A model generated the notes under the pieces. The model ran no database searches. It was not told the origin of the DNA and saw only the letters and a program-made list of their open reading frames with translations. A program made the position numbers and the translations under genes. A stretch of DNA of 63,612 nt, counting the filler, from Octopus bimaculoides (Eukaryota), in the NCBI RefSeq assembly GCF_001194135.2. It is 7 parts of 7 records of this genome, joined end to end, with 100 filler letters (N's around TTAATTAATTAA, not from the genome) between each part and the next. Parts side by side here need not be neighbours in the genome. Positions count along the whole stretch, not along the records: positions 23,813 to 46,780 come from NC_068983.1; positions 46,881 to 57,119 come from NC_068991.1; 5 more parts are not named here. One strand, given 5' to 3'. Shown here piece after piece: positions 39,407-52,382 of this stretch (the first letter of the stretch is position 1; every line of letters begins with the position of its first letter).

Positions 39407-39934
39407 TAAAATTTGACTGTTTTTGTTTAACATTTCAGAGGTGATAAAAATGACAATAAATAAATGTTTTACTTCCCTTAATCACAATAAAGAAATCCTT
39501 TGCATTAGAGGAGTAATGTATTCCTGAAAAACTTGCTGTAAACATAAAATCAATTTCCCCATTGATTTTCATGTTGTGATAATACATTCCAAGAATGTTT
39601 TGAAATGACAACAAAAACAACATGAACAGTTTTATGGATGAAAATAATTTCTAAACATACACAGTATAATATGCATAAAACCATTTGAAAAGAAATATAT
39701 TAGAGAATAAATAAAAGTCATAAAATAATGTGTTCTTACTATAAAAGACGTTGACTGTAATGTGTAGAGTGGTGGTGGAATGAGGAATTATATCTTTTTA
39801 GTTGATCATCATTTACCTGAGGGGCAAAAAACTTATTCCAAACTATTCAATTTCTCCAGAGCATCCTCTCTTTATATAGCTTAATGTAGGAACTTAACTC
39901 ATTGTAAACTCATATAATTTGTTTTGTAGAAAGG

Positions 39935-40200
39935 CACACATGTCGCTGTGTGGTCTAGACACTTGCTTCCCAACCACACAGTTTTGGGTTCAATCCCAAT
40001 GCATGTCACTTTGGGCAAATGTCTTAGACTATATTCTTGGGCCAACCAAAGTCTTGTAAATAGATTTGGTAAATGGAAACTGAAAGAAGCCCATTATGTG
40101 TGTGTGTGTGTGTGTTCATGTCTCTTTGTTTTCTCATCACATGATAGTTGTGAATGAGTGTCACTATCATACATTCATGCATTTCCAATATTCTGCAAGA
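39935..40200 (+). mobile_element. SINE family A, CpG-decayed
   Basis: cttgcttcccaaccacacagttttgggttcaatccca...ctttgggcaaatgtctt...gatttggtaaatggaaactgaaagaagccc. Confidence 0.7.
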
Positions 40201-41604
40201 GCATGCCTGTCCATGAGGAAATACTCCAAAACTTTAACTCATCTCTGACATTTAAGAGCTGGTTAGTATTTCTTCATTCTTCTGTTGACAACCTACTGAA
40301 GTGTCACATCTAGCTATATAACACTTGCTAATATGGATAACATTTGGCCACCTCCTTCATCCAAAGGTGAGGGTATGATCTCCTTTAATTCAAAAGATCC
40401 AAAAGGACCGTACACATATCAAAACATACAAGGAACAGACAAGCTAGTGAAACCATTCAAAGACTGAAACAAATTAAACTCTTGCGAAATTTAATAACTC
40501 TTGATTTCTGGAAAATATATTCTTTTCCCCTTATCTTTTTTTATGCATAGAGAAAGCAAAGTAAATCTAACACAAAGAGGTTCTTGCTATCAAAAAGCTT
40601 ATTTCCAAACAATGTTCATGTACAATATTTTTACATTTTATTATTTTTATTGTCTCAATCTTCTCATAGATTAGACAATGTCAAAATCTTTTGCTCCATT
40701 AAAAATCCTTTATCATTGAAGTGGCTCAGTTTAACATACCCAATTATTAGTTTTGGCAAATTGTCATAGAATATGGATGACAATACCATTAGAGATTTTC
40801 TTAATCAATTAACTTCTGTAACTTACAAGTAATCCATGTGTTTATAATGTATCTTTTTGTAATTCTTTCTGTAAATTTGATTTGGGCATGTCAACGCTTC
40901 TGACTTTGTATTGAAATAGTCATTGATGCTAACAGTGGATTCAAAGCATTTTCACGATTATTTGTACAAATTTGTTTTCAAATACAGCTTTTCTTTGGTG
41001 AACTATGTGTTGTTTTCTAAATTCAAACAAATGACCTCAAAAAACTGACACACCTTGTTATAATACATCATGGAAGTACTGTATTTTCCAGTGTAGTATA
41101 TAGTGTAAGCGTGTATAAAGAGTCTGTCATCACTATCATTCCAAATCCTACTGCATTTCACATGAAAATTTTGGTCCTCCGTAGTCATCTTAGTGTTCTT
41201 TTATTTAATTTGGCTGTAAATTTTGATCTGAAAAATTCAGTTTGTATGCCTGAAAATACAGTAATTAAAGCTTTGTATTAACAGTATAGAAAACAAATTA
41301 TTTTTAAACAATATTTTTAACATTTTCAATGTTAATTTTGAAAGATGACTCAACAAATTCAAACTGTTTTATCTTCTGGTGTAAAAGTGTTAGATGTTCC
41401 TTTTTAGCATGAAATAATTAGACTGGTAAGTAGAGATGTATACCTTACCTAATAAATGGTTGTGAAAGGGTTTTAATTTGTCATTTAATGTCAAATGTAA
41501 AATAATATCATATAACCAAGTAATTTGTATTAAATTTCTTTTCAGATGATTAGTTTAATTTGTAGTTTAGATGTGATGGAAACCCAGCTGGTTGAGTTAA
41601 GAAA

Positions 41605-41706
41605 ATGGAAAAGTATGATGAGGATCTGCTGGACAATCCATTCTTTACGGCATTACAGAACCAACACTCAGCTCTCTTTGATACTGTAACAACATGTAGA
41701 TATACT
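41605..41706 (+). CDS. ANKRD27: ANKRD27/VARP coding exon 1
   Basis: MEKYDEDLLDNPFFTALQNQHSALFDTVTTCRYT vs recalled human MALYDEDLLKNPFYLALQK. Acceptor tttcag at 41545, donor GTAAGT at 41707, phase 0. Confidence 0.93.
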
Positions 41707-41872
41707 GTAAGTTTGACCTGTTACTATTAACTATTACTATTAAGGGTTAATATTCTTAGTTAGAGTGTTGAACATAATATTAATCTCAAATTTCAAACTG
41801 TAACACAATAACTAATTAACTACCAATATTTATTTGGATTTTTTAAAATTTGACATATTCAATATCTTACAG

Positions 41873-42007
41873 GTGTGTGTCCCCCGGCATGGAGCTGCTC
41901 GAACTGCAAACCTGAATGAAGCTGAATTTGAAGACCACATTTTGATCCCCACTGAAAATGAAGAGGGACAAAATGGTCACCAGTTGCAAAGAACAGTTTC
42001 TGGAAAA
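41873..42007 (+). CDS. ANKRD27: ANKRD27/VARP coding exon 2
   Basis: VCVPRHGAART...EFEDHILIPTE...RTVSGK vs human VLVPCKG...FESYILIP...TLNGK. AG/GT boundaries, 135 nt. Confidence 0.92.
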
Positions 42008-43593
42008 GTAATAATTTAATATTTACTTTCAGTTAATTAATATATTGTCTGTGTTTTCTTGAACACCTTCCTCTCCTCTTAACCTACTATATGGCTTATT
42101 GACATACTAGAAAAGGCAGTCAAATCTCTCAACCCATACCCTATCTTAAAAATAGAAAGGAAACTTTATGCCATAACAATATATTGGCTGCTGTTGAAGT
42201 CAGGTGACACTTACTCCCATTCTAGTCTTATCATTGGCTAGCTAACTGTTACACAGGAAACAGGAACAATGAAACTGTAAAGTGTGCTCTTTTATTTTTT
42301 TGTAAAATGTACTACAAAATGGTAATTAAGTCAGCTTAGTTAATCTTGGTAATTACTAGTATTATTTACACAGTTAACAGGTGGTTTAGAGATTTAAAAA
42401 ATGGTAGTAATTCCATCCCTTAATTTCATAAAGAGAACTGGTGAATCCCTTATTTTCATTAGCAGAACTCTCTCATTTTGTCACATTAACAGGCACTTAT
42501 TTGTACAGTACTTTCTAGTGATATCTTAAGTTTTTCTGAACAAACACTACTGAGGAGACAATTTGGTGGCTAGTTTTATTTACATCATATCTTCAAGAGT
42601 GTATTTGATGAAACAGACTTAGAGACTGTTAAAACTAATTTGCAAATCTCATCTCAAGCACCAATGACTATCATATTTTCCCATAAATGTAGTTGTTTTC
42701 ATCTTATATAAAATATATGTATGGTTTATTTGTTGTATAAAATAAATGTTCTATACATTGATTATGCTAAAGATTGCTGATATGATATTATCAGATGTCA
42801 CTATCACTTCTGGTTAATTTTTACTTTCATTTTTTAAACCTCTAAACTCTATGTTAACCATTTACACTATACATGTGGAATCCCTGAATATCTAGAAAAA
42901 TCCAAGTTTATTTTTGTACTTTGTGTATATGTGTGGCACATAGACAATTTGGTGCCCTGCCAAATTTGTTGCATATTTTTTAATGAAATTTTGCAAATAT
43001 ATATTTTCCATGGTGTACATTACAATTATTTAATATTAAAATAACAGGCAGGGTTGTTTTGGATCATTCTCCTCTTCCTAATTCTCTTTCCATATTAAAA
43101 TGCATCCACCTACCCACCTTCTCCATTCCCCAGTCCACTACATACACCACCCTGAAACTTAGGTGTAAGCCCATTTCCCCCTCTCTGTCACATCTTCATC
43201 TTTCTCCATTTGAGGAAGTCCTGTCTCTCTTCTAATGCAAGACACCTTTCTGTCCCTCAATACTACCCCCTGGTGCTATGTAAAAAGCATCCAGTACACT
43301 TTGTAAAATGGTTGGTATTAGGAAGAGCATCCAGCCATAGAAAACATGTCAAAACAGACAAAAGGAGCTTGGTGCAGCCTCCGGATTTGGCAGTTCCTGT
43401 CAAACCATTCTACCCATGTCGATTTTGAAAGCAGATGTTAAATGATATATGTATCTATCTTCCATAACTACTCTAATTTCCTCCTCCTCCCTCTTGATTT
43501 TCTCTCTCACTGTGTGTGAGATATTCTTTTACTCCGCCTCCCACCAAGTACTTATCCCCTCTCTCTCTATGTTTTTTTCTTCTTTTATTATAG

Positions 43594-43744
43594 ACTGTAT
43601 ATATATCAAATGGGCAGATTCATTTACAAGATAATTTTGCTAATAAACTGAAGATCAACATTTTATTTGAAGAAACCTTTTACAATGCTGCCGATGAATC
43701 ATATCGTGTTTTGTGTGTTGAACAAATTTTCAATTCCGACCTGT
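43594..43744 (+). CDS. ANKRD27: ANKRD27/VARP coding exon 3
   Basis: TVYISNGQIHL...[24 protein letters not shown] vs human DVFIQGNRIKL...[20 protein letters not shown]. Acceptor ttattatag, donor GTTAGT, phase 0 to 1. Confidence 0.93.
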
Positions 43745-44768
43745 GTTAGTATAAGATTTCCAATATCTTTTACTTGTTTAATGAATTTAATAAAAAGTGT
43801 GGTTTAAGATTTTTTTTTTCTTACTTAACACTAGATATTATGAACTGTCTCAAATACTTGTTAATTGCACCTAAAATATGGCAAAGCTACTTTTAAAAGA
43901 TTGAAGTCTTAATCTGTTTTCTATCTTCTGACATACTTCTTTTAAATTTGATAGGCTTTATAGTTTTTAGTTTTAGCTTGTAGTTGCTATTGTGTATTTA
44001 AAGGATTTGCCTACTGTAATAATTGCCTGCAGTTCGAAAATTAGTAGAAATTGCGTGTACTACCAATAGCACTGTGTAACACAATTTTTGCCCTTGATTA
44101 ACAACTGTTACCTACCCCTAGAAAGTATGAAAAATAGCTAATATTTCTTTAAAACTTTGCTTTTGTTACATTTATTCAAGCCACAAAGAATCCCTCTCAA
44201 CACATGGCTAAGATGCTCCCCCACTGCTCATGATCAGAGATGCACATTTTGTCTTCCACTGAGGGACATTGCTCAAGTGGTTATGGTCAAGCAACTGACA
44301 AGCAAATCTGTGGTATTGAGCAGAATATTTGCTGTAACAATATTTCTGCTTCAGCAACTCAGTGCTGAATCTGTCTAAAATGCAATGGAAGATAGGTCAG
44401 TTTTAAAACATTGATGTCCAGGTCACAAAAGCAAAGTTTGAAGAGAATAGTCAATTTCCTTTGATTTCTAGATAGGAGCAAATAGGAAATAACACTGACC
44501 AATGACAAAAAAAATGTAAATTTTGTTACAGTGTCATTATAGTCTTGAACAATTCATTGCAATATTTAGTCATTATTGTTAGTGCTACTTACAACCAAAA
44601 GCTTCATTCTTCCTAAGATAATTTATGGTATGGTTGTTGTGGTTCTCTCTAGTTTATGAAAAATCTTTGTTAGAATTCATGATAATCTTCATATTTAAAA
44701 CAAAAATTAAAATTGCAGTTTTAATTTTTTTATTTTAATTTCTTTATTTTATTTTATTATTTATTTAG

Positions 44769-44849
44769 CCAAATCTGAATCAACACAGCAATTCTACAGA
44801 ACCCCTACTACTTACAAAGATTGTATAGAACTGCTCTGGGGAGACTCAA
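44769..44849 (+). CDS. ANKRD27: ANKRD27/VARP coding exon 4
   Basis: SKSESTQQFYRTPTTYKDCIELLWGDS. Long polypyrimidine acceptor, GTAAGA donor, phases match both neighbours. Confidence 0.85.
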
Positions 44850-45072
44850 GTAAGAATTAAACTTTGACTCTTTCATGATTTCTCTCCTTATTTAGTTATG
44901 AAATGATAACAGTTGTGGTAAATATTAATGTTGCTGTTGATTGAAGATTAAAGAAAGAAGCTGTTGTGAGGATAACCTTAAACTAATTTCCTTTTGTTAA
45001 GACTTAAGTTATAAAATGAGTAATCAACAATTAAATAGTTTACTATATTTTTCATGCTGTTTTGTTTTTCAG

Positions 45073-45167
45073 CCAATAGAAAAACAAGGGAAAACTTGGA
45101 TAAAGTTTTACAGCAATTTATCTATGTTTATGAAAGGCTGGATGTGTATAACTTTCGAAGCATTGTT
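45073..45167 (+). CDS. ANKRD27: ANKRD27/VARP coding exon 5
   Basis: TNRKTRENLDKVLQQFIYVYERLDVYNFRSIV. Acceptor tttttcag, donor GTAAGT, phase 1 to 0. Confidence 0.87.
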
Positions 45168-45666
45168 GTAAGTATTCTTTTCACTGAATTTCTTTAATTA
45201 GAGACAGTGATTTTAAATTATATTATCTTTCTCATTATATTTTCTTTTAATTATTGGTAAGGACCATAAGCCAAATTATTTTAGACCAGAAACAGTCCTT
45301 AAATTCTTTTCTCTCTTAGTAATATGAGAGTTGTGAGCAAAACTTGATATATATCTCCTAGAAATCAATTTAATTTTTGTCAGTGATAAAAAGTTACTGA
45401 GGAAAAGATACATAAATTTGCAATTTAAAGCATCAAGGCTTGTCACTATATTTAGGAATTCTGTTTTAAAACTGAAAAAGTTACTAAAAACAGCTTACAG
45501 GTTTAGACTATTATTTTCTAATTTTAAAATAATTTGCTTTACTTTTATAAACTACATCTACCTCATTAACATTGCTATCATTGTAATCCAAGGATAAATT
45601 ATAAAACAAAGGAAATGACTTTGTCAAACTATCATATCCTATTTATTAATCTTTGTTTTTTAATAG

Positions 45667-45726
45667 GATGTTGCTAGTGCTCAGTATACAAAATCCATGC
45701 AGCTTCTACTTCGGGATCCAACTTTG
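45667..45726 (+). CDS. ANKRD27: ANKRD27/VARP coding exon 6 (last exon found)
   Basis: DVASAQYTKSMQLLLRDPTL vs human DSANALYTKCLQQLLRDSHL. Acceptor ttttaatag, donor GTAAGT. Confidence 0.92.
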
Positions 45727-46244
45727 GTAAGTGTAACTTCAGTGTGTATTAGTATAAAGTTTGTTGTGCTTGTTAAATATATGTATATATATATATAAAT
45801 GTATCTAGTATACCTGTCTGCTAAAGTGTAGTCATTTACAAGGAATATTACAGTGATTTAAATGTATAAATGTAAGATTTTGGTAATAAGTGAGAAATTA
45901 ATCTAAAAACAAAGAAAGTCTAGGGGTGTTTTTGAAAAAGATGGGAAGCAATGTAAATAGGGTGAAATGGATTCAGCTAAGAATTTTCTTTAAAAAATAA
46001 GCAAACATCACAAAATTTGAGAAAACTTTCAGTCATGCAAGGCATTCACTGATGTGATGACACATCTGTAATAGATATAATGTATTTCAGATAACATAGC
46101 GGAACAGAGTAAAAATTTCTTGCTTATTCAGTGTATAACATTAGTAACTATCTTTTATACTGTCATTTTTTGTAAAATGTTTCATAGTTGTGTTCCAATA
46201 AATAATTACACTGTCTCTAAATCTTTTGAATGTTTTATAGAATA

Positions 46245-46780
46245 CTAGCAGTATAACCCGACGTTGTCCGGGTGACTTATTACGCCATCTACGATAAGTC
46301 TTGCTAGGTGAAAATCAACTAAAAAAGAAAGCCTTACAATGAAAAAACCCTTATGATGTAAATATGTTCATAATTCAAAAGACGTAATTAATAGGGAAAG
46401 TCTGAAGGCTGTTCACCCGCACGATTACGTAACCCTAAAACCGTAACCGTAAGACTAACCCTCATCGTAACCCTAAAACCGTAACCCTAACACCCTAGTG
46501 AAAATCGTGCAGGTGTTAATCTGAATAATAATAATAATGACCTCTGCAGATCAAACTCCCAACCCACAACTAAGTCTTAAGTGTGTATATACATGGGCAA
46601 CACACACACACATACACACTAAATAAAATGCGTTTTAAGAAAGATATTAAAAAAATTCAGGGTGGACATTGGAATTAGACACTGAGGGGAAATGGCTGTA
46701 ACTTTTTAATTTTTTAATTTTGACGATTGTCAGCTAAACGCAGACAATCCAAATCTTGCATTAGGTTTTGAGTTAGGGTT
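46245..46780 (-). mobile_element. Non-autonomous Helitron, 3' end
   Basis: Minus strand ends cccggacaacgtcggg (hairpin)-ttatactg-CTAG|T. Internal TAACCC-like subrepeats and (CA)n; runs into a gap. Confidence 0.75.
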
Positions 46781-46880
46781 NNNNNNNNNNNNNNNNNNNN
46801 NNNNNNNNNNNNNNNNNNNNNNNNTTAATTAATTAANNNNNNNNNNNNNNNNNNNNNNNNNNNNNNNNNNNNNNNNNNNN

Positions 46881-46944
<64 letters not shown>

Positions 46945-47335
46945 GACGCAGCCGTGACTGTGTGGTAAGAAGCTTGCTTTTCAACCTCATGACTCTGGGT
47001 TGAGTTCCACTCGGGCAAATGTCTTCTGCTGTAGCCTCGGACCGACCAAAACATTCTGAGTTGATTTGGTAAACGGAAGCAGAACAGATCCGTTGTATCT
47101 ATGTGTTTTTTGCGCGCACGCGTGTGTATCTTTGTATTTGTGTTTGTCCCCCACGACCACTTGACAACCGGTGTTGATGTGTTTACATCCCCAGTAACTT
47201 AGCAGCTCGGCAAACGAAGCGGATAGAACCAGTACCAGGCTTTAAAAAAAATAAGTACTAGGGTCGACTCATTCGGCAAAAACTTCTTCAACGCGGTGCT
47301 CTAGCATAGCCGTAGTCGAATGAGTGAAACAGATA
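46945..47335 (+). mobile_element. SINE family A, CpGs largely retained
   Basis: Head gactgtgtggtaagaagcttgc; tail gtaacttagcagctcggcaaa...gatagaaccagtaccagg. Confidence 0.8.
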
Positions 47336-48109
47336 AGCTTAATTAAGGTAGACACAGGAAAACAGTAACTCATTGTGGGTAGAATGAGGGTTTCTACACG
47401 GCTTTTAGTTAAGAAGATATTACTTAAGGAAGTTAACTTATATAAGCTTTTACGGGTAAGACACTTTAGAGATTAGAATATATGAGAGAGGTGAATCTGA
47501 CGGCCAGTAGTTTGCTAATTCTTGAACCTTGTTGTTGCCAAAAGTCAGCTCTCATCTAGAAAATCTGTAGTTAAAAATGAAATTCTCATCAAGATTAATC
47601 CTAATGAGTAGCTCTGTTTAGCACGGTTCCCTGAGAGTTCTTTTTATTTAGTAACTATCCATTCAGTTGCAAGCATTTAGACCAATGAAAGGATAAATTA
47701 GCTTTGACCAAGGACTCGTTGATTCATAAGTGCTTGTGCTTACCACTGGTCTCTCTACAAGGTCATCCACATCTGCTGCGAGTTAACTTGAAAATTGCAA
47801 GCAAAAATGTAACCTTCATTTAATTATGGTAATCTCGGCCTCATGATTAACTAAGTTGAGCACTCGCATTGCATCAGACGATCAGGTAGCTAAGAAACGT
47901 ATGTAGCATGCATTTTATCTGTTCCATTCCCTCAATTTGCGTATACAGATATGTGTGTGTATGTGTGTGTGCGTTTGTGCGTGTGTGTATGTTTCTGGGA
48001 ATACGTTATCTATGCATGCATCCAGGATTACATTATATGCCATACACATTTGTATTTAGAGCTACATCACCCATTCTGTGCTTTTTAGATAACTGCATTG
48101 TTTCTTTCC

Positions 48110-49210
48110 AGGTAAATTGAAATCTGACTGTTCAATGGAAAATTCAAACGTAACTAGTAACTTCTCTTGAAAATCGACAACATTTGGCATCGTGCTGCTA
48201 TCAAGTACCAGCAAAAAAATGTCTTTAGCCCACAAAAACTTTCACTCTGACAAGGACGCTACATTAGGGGATGACGCTCTAGCTTTATCAACAGTGTAGA
48301 AGTGGGCAGCTGAATTTAGGTCAGAGATGAAGAGTGTTGAAGATGGCTCAAGGTTTGGACATCTTCCAACTGCCAAACACCAAGGAAAACATTGATCGTG
48401 TTCACCATATGCTGATGGATGACAGGCGATTGACTATAAATCAAAAAGTCAATATTATTTGCGTATTCCGTGAGAGAGTTGAGAATATTGTGCACAAGGA
48501 ACGTGGCATGACGAAAATTTATACTCTGCGGACATTATGTCTTCTAAAACATGATCAAAAGTGCACCACGCTGATCACACCACAGAAAATTCTGACATTG
48601 TTTGATGCAGCTGCAGTTGGTTTCTTTAAACGTTTCCTAAGAGAAAGCGACTCAATACATGTAGTGGAGTCACCTCTCCTCATTTTCTTCATCTGCAGGG
48701 AAGGTGATGGCCTCAGTTTTTGAGGATGCAAAAGGCATTGTTTTATTGACTATCTTGTAAAGGGCCACAACATCAATAGAGAGCACTATGCCAGCCTGCT
48801 GATGCACTCATGAAATTTTATCAAAACCAAACACCCAGGAACATTGAGTAAAAGGGTCTTGTTTCATCAGGATAATGTTCCATCACACAAGTGCTTGGCT
48901 TCAGTGGCTGTTGTGTGTAACTTGTGGGTTTGACCTGGCTGATTAGCTTCCCTGTTCTCCTGCTTTCACTCCATCTGACTATCATCTGTTCCCCAAAATG
49001 AAAAAGTACATGGCTGGAAAGCAGTATTGCAATGATGGCGTCATATCTGCTGTGGATGACTGTTTGACCAACAGGATGAATATTTCTTTGGTAATGGTAT
49101 CCAAGCACAGCAACACCGATGGGTGTGGGATGTGTTGAAAAATGAACGTCATTTGGTCACATTTCATGAGAGTATCTTGGTCAGCCTATGAACATTTCAG
49201 TCGACTCTCG
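48110..49210 (+). mobile_element. Mariner (DD34D-type) transposon, decayed
   Basis: WHRAAIKY, KWAAEF, DDRRLTI, FHQDNVPSH and P.DYHLFPKMKK motifs with stops and frameshifts. 3' TIR-like cttggtcagcctatgaacatttcagtcgactctcg at about 49175-49210. Confidence 0.88.
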
Positions 49211-49307
49211 AATTTGTTTCTTTTCACGTCACGGATAAAAATAGCCATGAACATTTCAGGCCATATCCCCCAAAATGTAATGACAATAATGTAAAAAATA
49301 TTTCAGT

Positions 49308-49350
<43 letters not shown>

Positions 49351-49654
49351 AAAGAATGTAATGCCTTTCTCACGAATACCAAGACTAGTAAAACTCATAC
49401 ACAAGGAATATCCACTCGAAGAAATGAGATAACATTTTTCAAACAGCATAAAACGAGGGAATATCTTTCTATAGCAGAGAGACTTTACAAAACACTATAT
49501 TTCAACTATCCAGAATTTGTGACCTTCTCACTAGCCCAATATAACATAAAAACTCCTCAGGAGCAGTTTGTAACCTGAACAATAAAGTGTGGTACACGGG
49601 CGGGGGGTGATGATCAGGGATATAGACAGCCTGATCAATATAAGATCAATTAAT

Positions 49655-49910
49655 GTGCGAGCTGGCAGAATCATTAGCGCACTTGGCAAAATACTTAGCA
49701 GCATTTCGTCCGTCGTCACGTTCTGAGTTCAGATTCCCCGCCTTGGTCGACTTTGCTTTTAATCCTTTCGGTGTTGATAAAATTAAGTACCAGTTGAATA
49801 TTAGTATCAATGTAATCGACTGACCCCTGCCCCAGAAATTGCTGGCGTTGTGCCAAAGTTTTAAACCAATTTAAGAGGAAATTTTAATTTTTATATTTCT
49901 TGTTTTATTT

Positions 49911-49948
<38 letters not shown>

Positions 49949-50570
49949 ATTATTCTTTCTATTTATTTCCACGCAACTTTTCCCTTTTATAACCTTTGAA
50001 TTCGTCCAAATTATCGAACCACCTCCATCGTCTTTGTGTTACTTTTGCTGTTTTACTTCACACAATTTTGTAAGTCCCATGTTGAATGTTGATTTTCTTT
50101 TCTGGGATCAATATAACCAGCTAGTTCTTCTCCCAAAATTTCAGACCTTGTGCCTATAATAGAATGGATTATTATGAAGACGGTGCGTTGACAGAATCGT
50201 TAATACATTGGACAAGATGCTAAGTGGTATTCTCTCCTGCTCTTCACTTTTCTGCGTTCAAATCCTGCCAAGGTCAAATTTGCATTCTATCTTCTTGGAG
50301 GTCAATGAAGTAAGTACCAATCAAATACTAGAATCGATACAATGGACTAACTTCCTTTCCTCAAAATTTCTGGCCATGTACCAAAACTAGAAAGAATTAT
50401 TATTTTTACTAACGAGGGCAATGGATTGGTAGAATTACTCTTCTGAGTCCAAATCTGCACAAAGGACAACTTTACCTTCACTCGGTAAAGTGAAGCACAC
50501 GCCAAGTAATAAATGCCATTTAATCCACCAACACCCTCCCCCGCCAAATTTCAGGCTTTGTGACTACTTT
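49655..50570 (+). mobile_element. Cluster of family B SINEs (49655-49870, about 50190-50340, about 50400-50570)
   Basis: gagctggcagaatcattagcgc...ttctgagttca.attcc...gtcgactttg...aagtaccag repeated. Confidence 0.7.
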
Positions 50571-52343
50571 CGAAACAGTTAATTTTATTATTATTATTCC
50601 TGCTCTTAAATCCTAAGGGGAAAAAAACCCCTTGCAACATCATTACGGGTAACAAAAACAACGACGACAACAACAACAGCTACACTTAGATAAAACTGAC
50701 CTTTTCCAACAGTCTAAACAAATGGCAAAATGTAAATAAACTAGAGATGCGATGGGAGGAGGGAGAATACAACTTCTACATTCGTTTCCACAAATTGTTC
50801 TACTCAATTTTTCCTAATGGTTTCTCTGTGTGTCTTTCACTCCCTCACAGCCATCGTCTCTCTCACTTTCTCTCCCCCTCTCTCTCTCACTTTCTCTCCC
50901 CCTCCCTCTCACTTTCTCTCCCCCTCTCTCTCTTTCCTTTGAGTGTGAGCGTGTGTGTATGTGAGTATATAAATGTGTGTATTTGTGCGTGCGCGCGTGT
51001 GTATGTGTGTGTGTTAAGGCTTGTGCTATGGCATGTGACTCAGCCATTAGTGTATTTGGCTCAAGATCGTACGGTCATGATTGCGATAACCGGTGGCGCA
51101 TTATACTCTTGAGCAAGACCCATTTTTTCATGTTGCTCTAGTCAACTCAGTTAGCAAACATGAGTTGTATCTGTATTTCAAAGGGCCAACCTTATATTCT
51201 GTGTCATTCATAAACGCACGTAAAGGTAAAAGAACCAGCTATCCTCTCATCTTCATTTCATCACCAAGTAGAAAAATAGTCGACCCCCATCATGATATCC
51301 AGCCCCTTTACTTAGCATTTGGTCATGAATACTTTGATAGTAGACTGCACTGCTACTGATGGATAGTACCACATTAGACGCTCTTTCATGCATCCTCTAA
51401 TGCAAAATTAAAGAAATCCAACAAGAGATGCACATTCATTAGCCAACTCAAGGTAAAATGTCTTCTCTTTCCATGCAGTCGTATCATGCTAAATGGAACT
51501 TTAATTTACTTGGACCTACTTGAGACAGATTTGGATAATGCTATTTAGGGTTAATAATCCTATGACTCCATTTATGGATAGAAAGTCGACATTTTTCTCA
51601 GCGATGCAACAAAAGACACTTTACCTTCTACGTTTATTTAGCAAGGAAACGTCAGTTAGAATCATGAAGCATTAGTAATCTTTAACAATTATATTAAAAT
51701 AAGATCAACTCTGCACACTATATTGACTACGTCAACTTGTGTTCTTGAAACAACTTACAACTTACGATTTAAACGCATACACTCACACACACACTCACAC
51801 ATACACAGACGCATACACACACACACGCACGCATGTGCGCACACTCGCGCACACACACACGCATACACATACGAACGCACGTACAACACGAAAGATCCAG
51901 GTCTCGACCATTCAGTGTCTCAAGTTCCTTGAATTTCTTTACTTCTTTGATGAAATTACTCTGAATAAAAGAAAAAAAAAACAACAGCTCACTGTGAAAG
52001 CCATATAGTCAAGTACGAACACATAGATTCATCCATACAAACATGCATGCACACATATGCACACACATACATACATACATACATACATACATACATACAT
52101 ACATACATACATACATACATACAAGTATGCATTAAAACATAGAAGCTTATTCAGACCAGACGCAGTGAAAGAGATAGATGAATTCATATATAAATAAACA
52201 CATGCTTACATCATTTGAATTGACATTTGTTGAATAAATATGGAGGATAACAAGCTTTAGGAGATTCATTTGTGCAATCATACACATGACTAAACATATT
52301 CATAACCACAATATATATATCTCTCTCCCTCACTATATATATG

Positions 52344-52382
<39 letters not shown>

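Noticed and set aside
46430-46780. TAACCC/TTAGGG-like repeats as an interstitial telomere
   Set aside because: They are few, degenerate and internal to a Helitron-type element.
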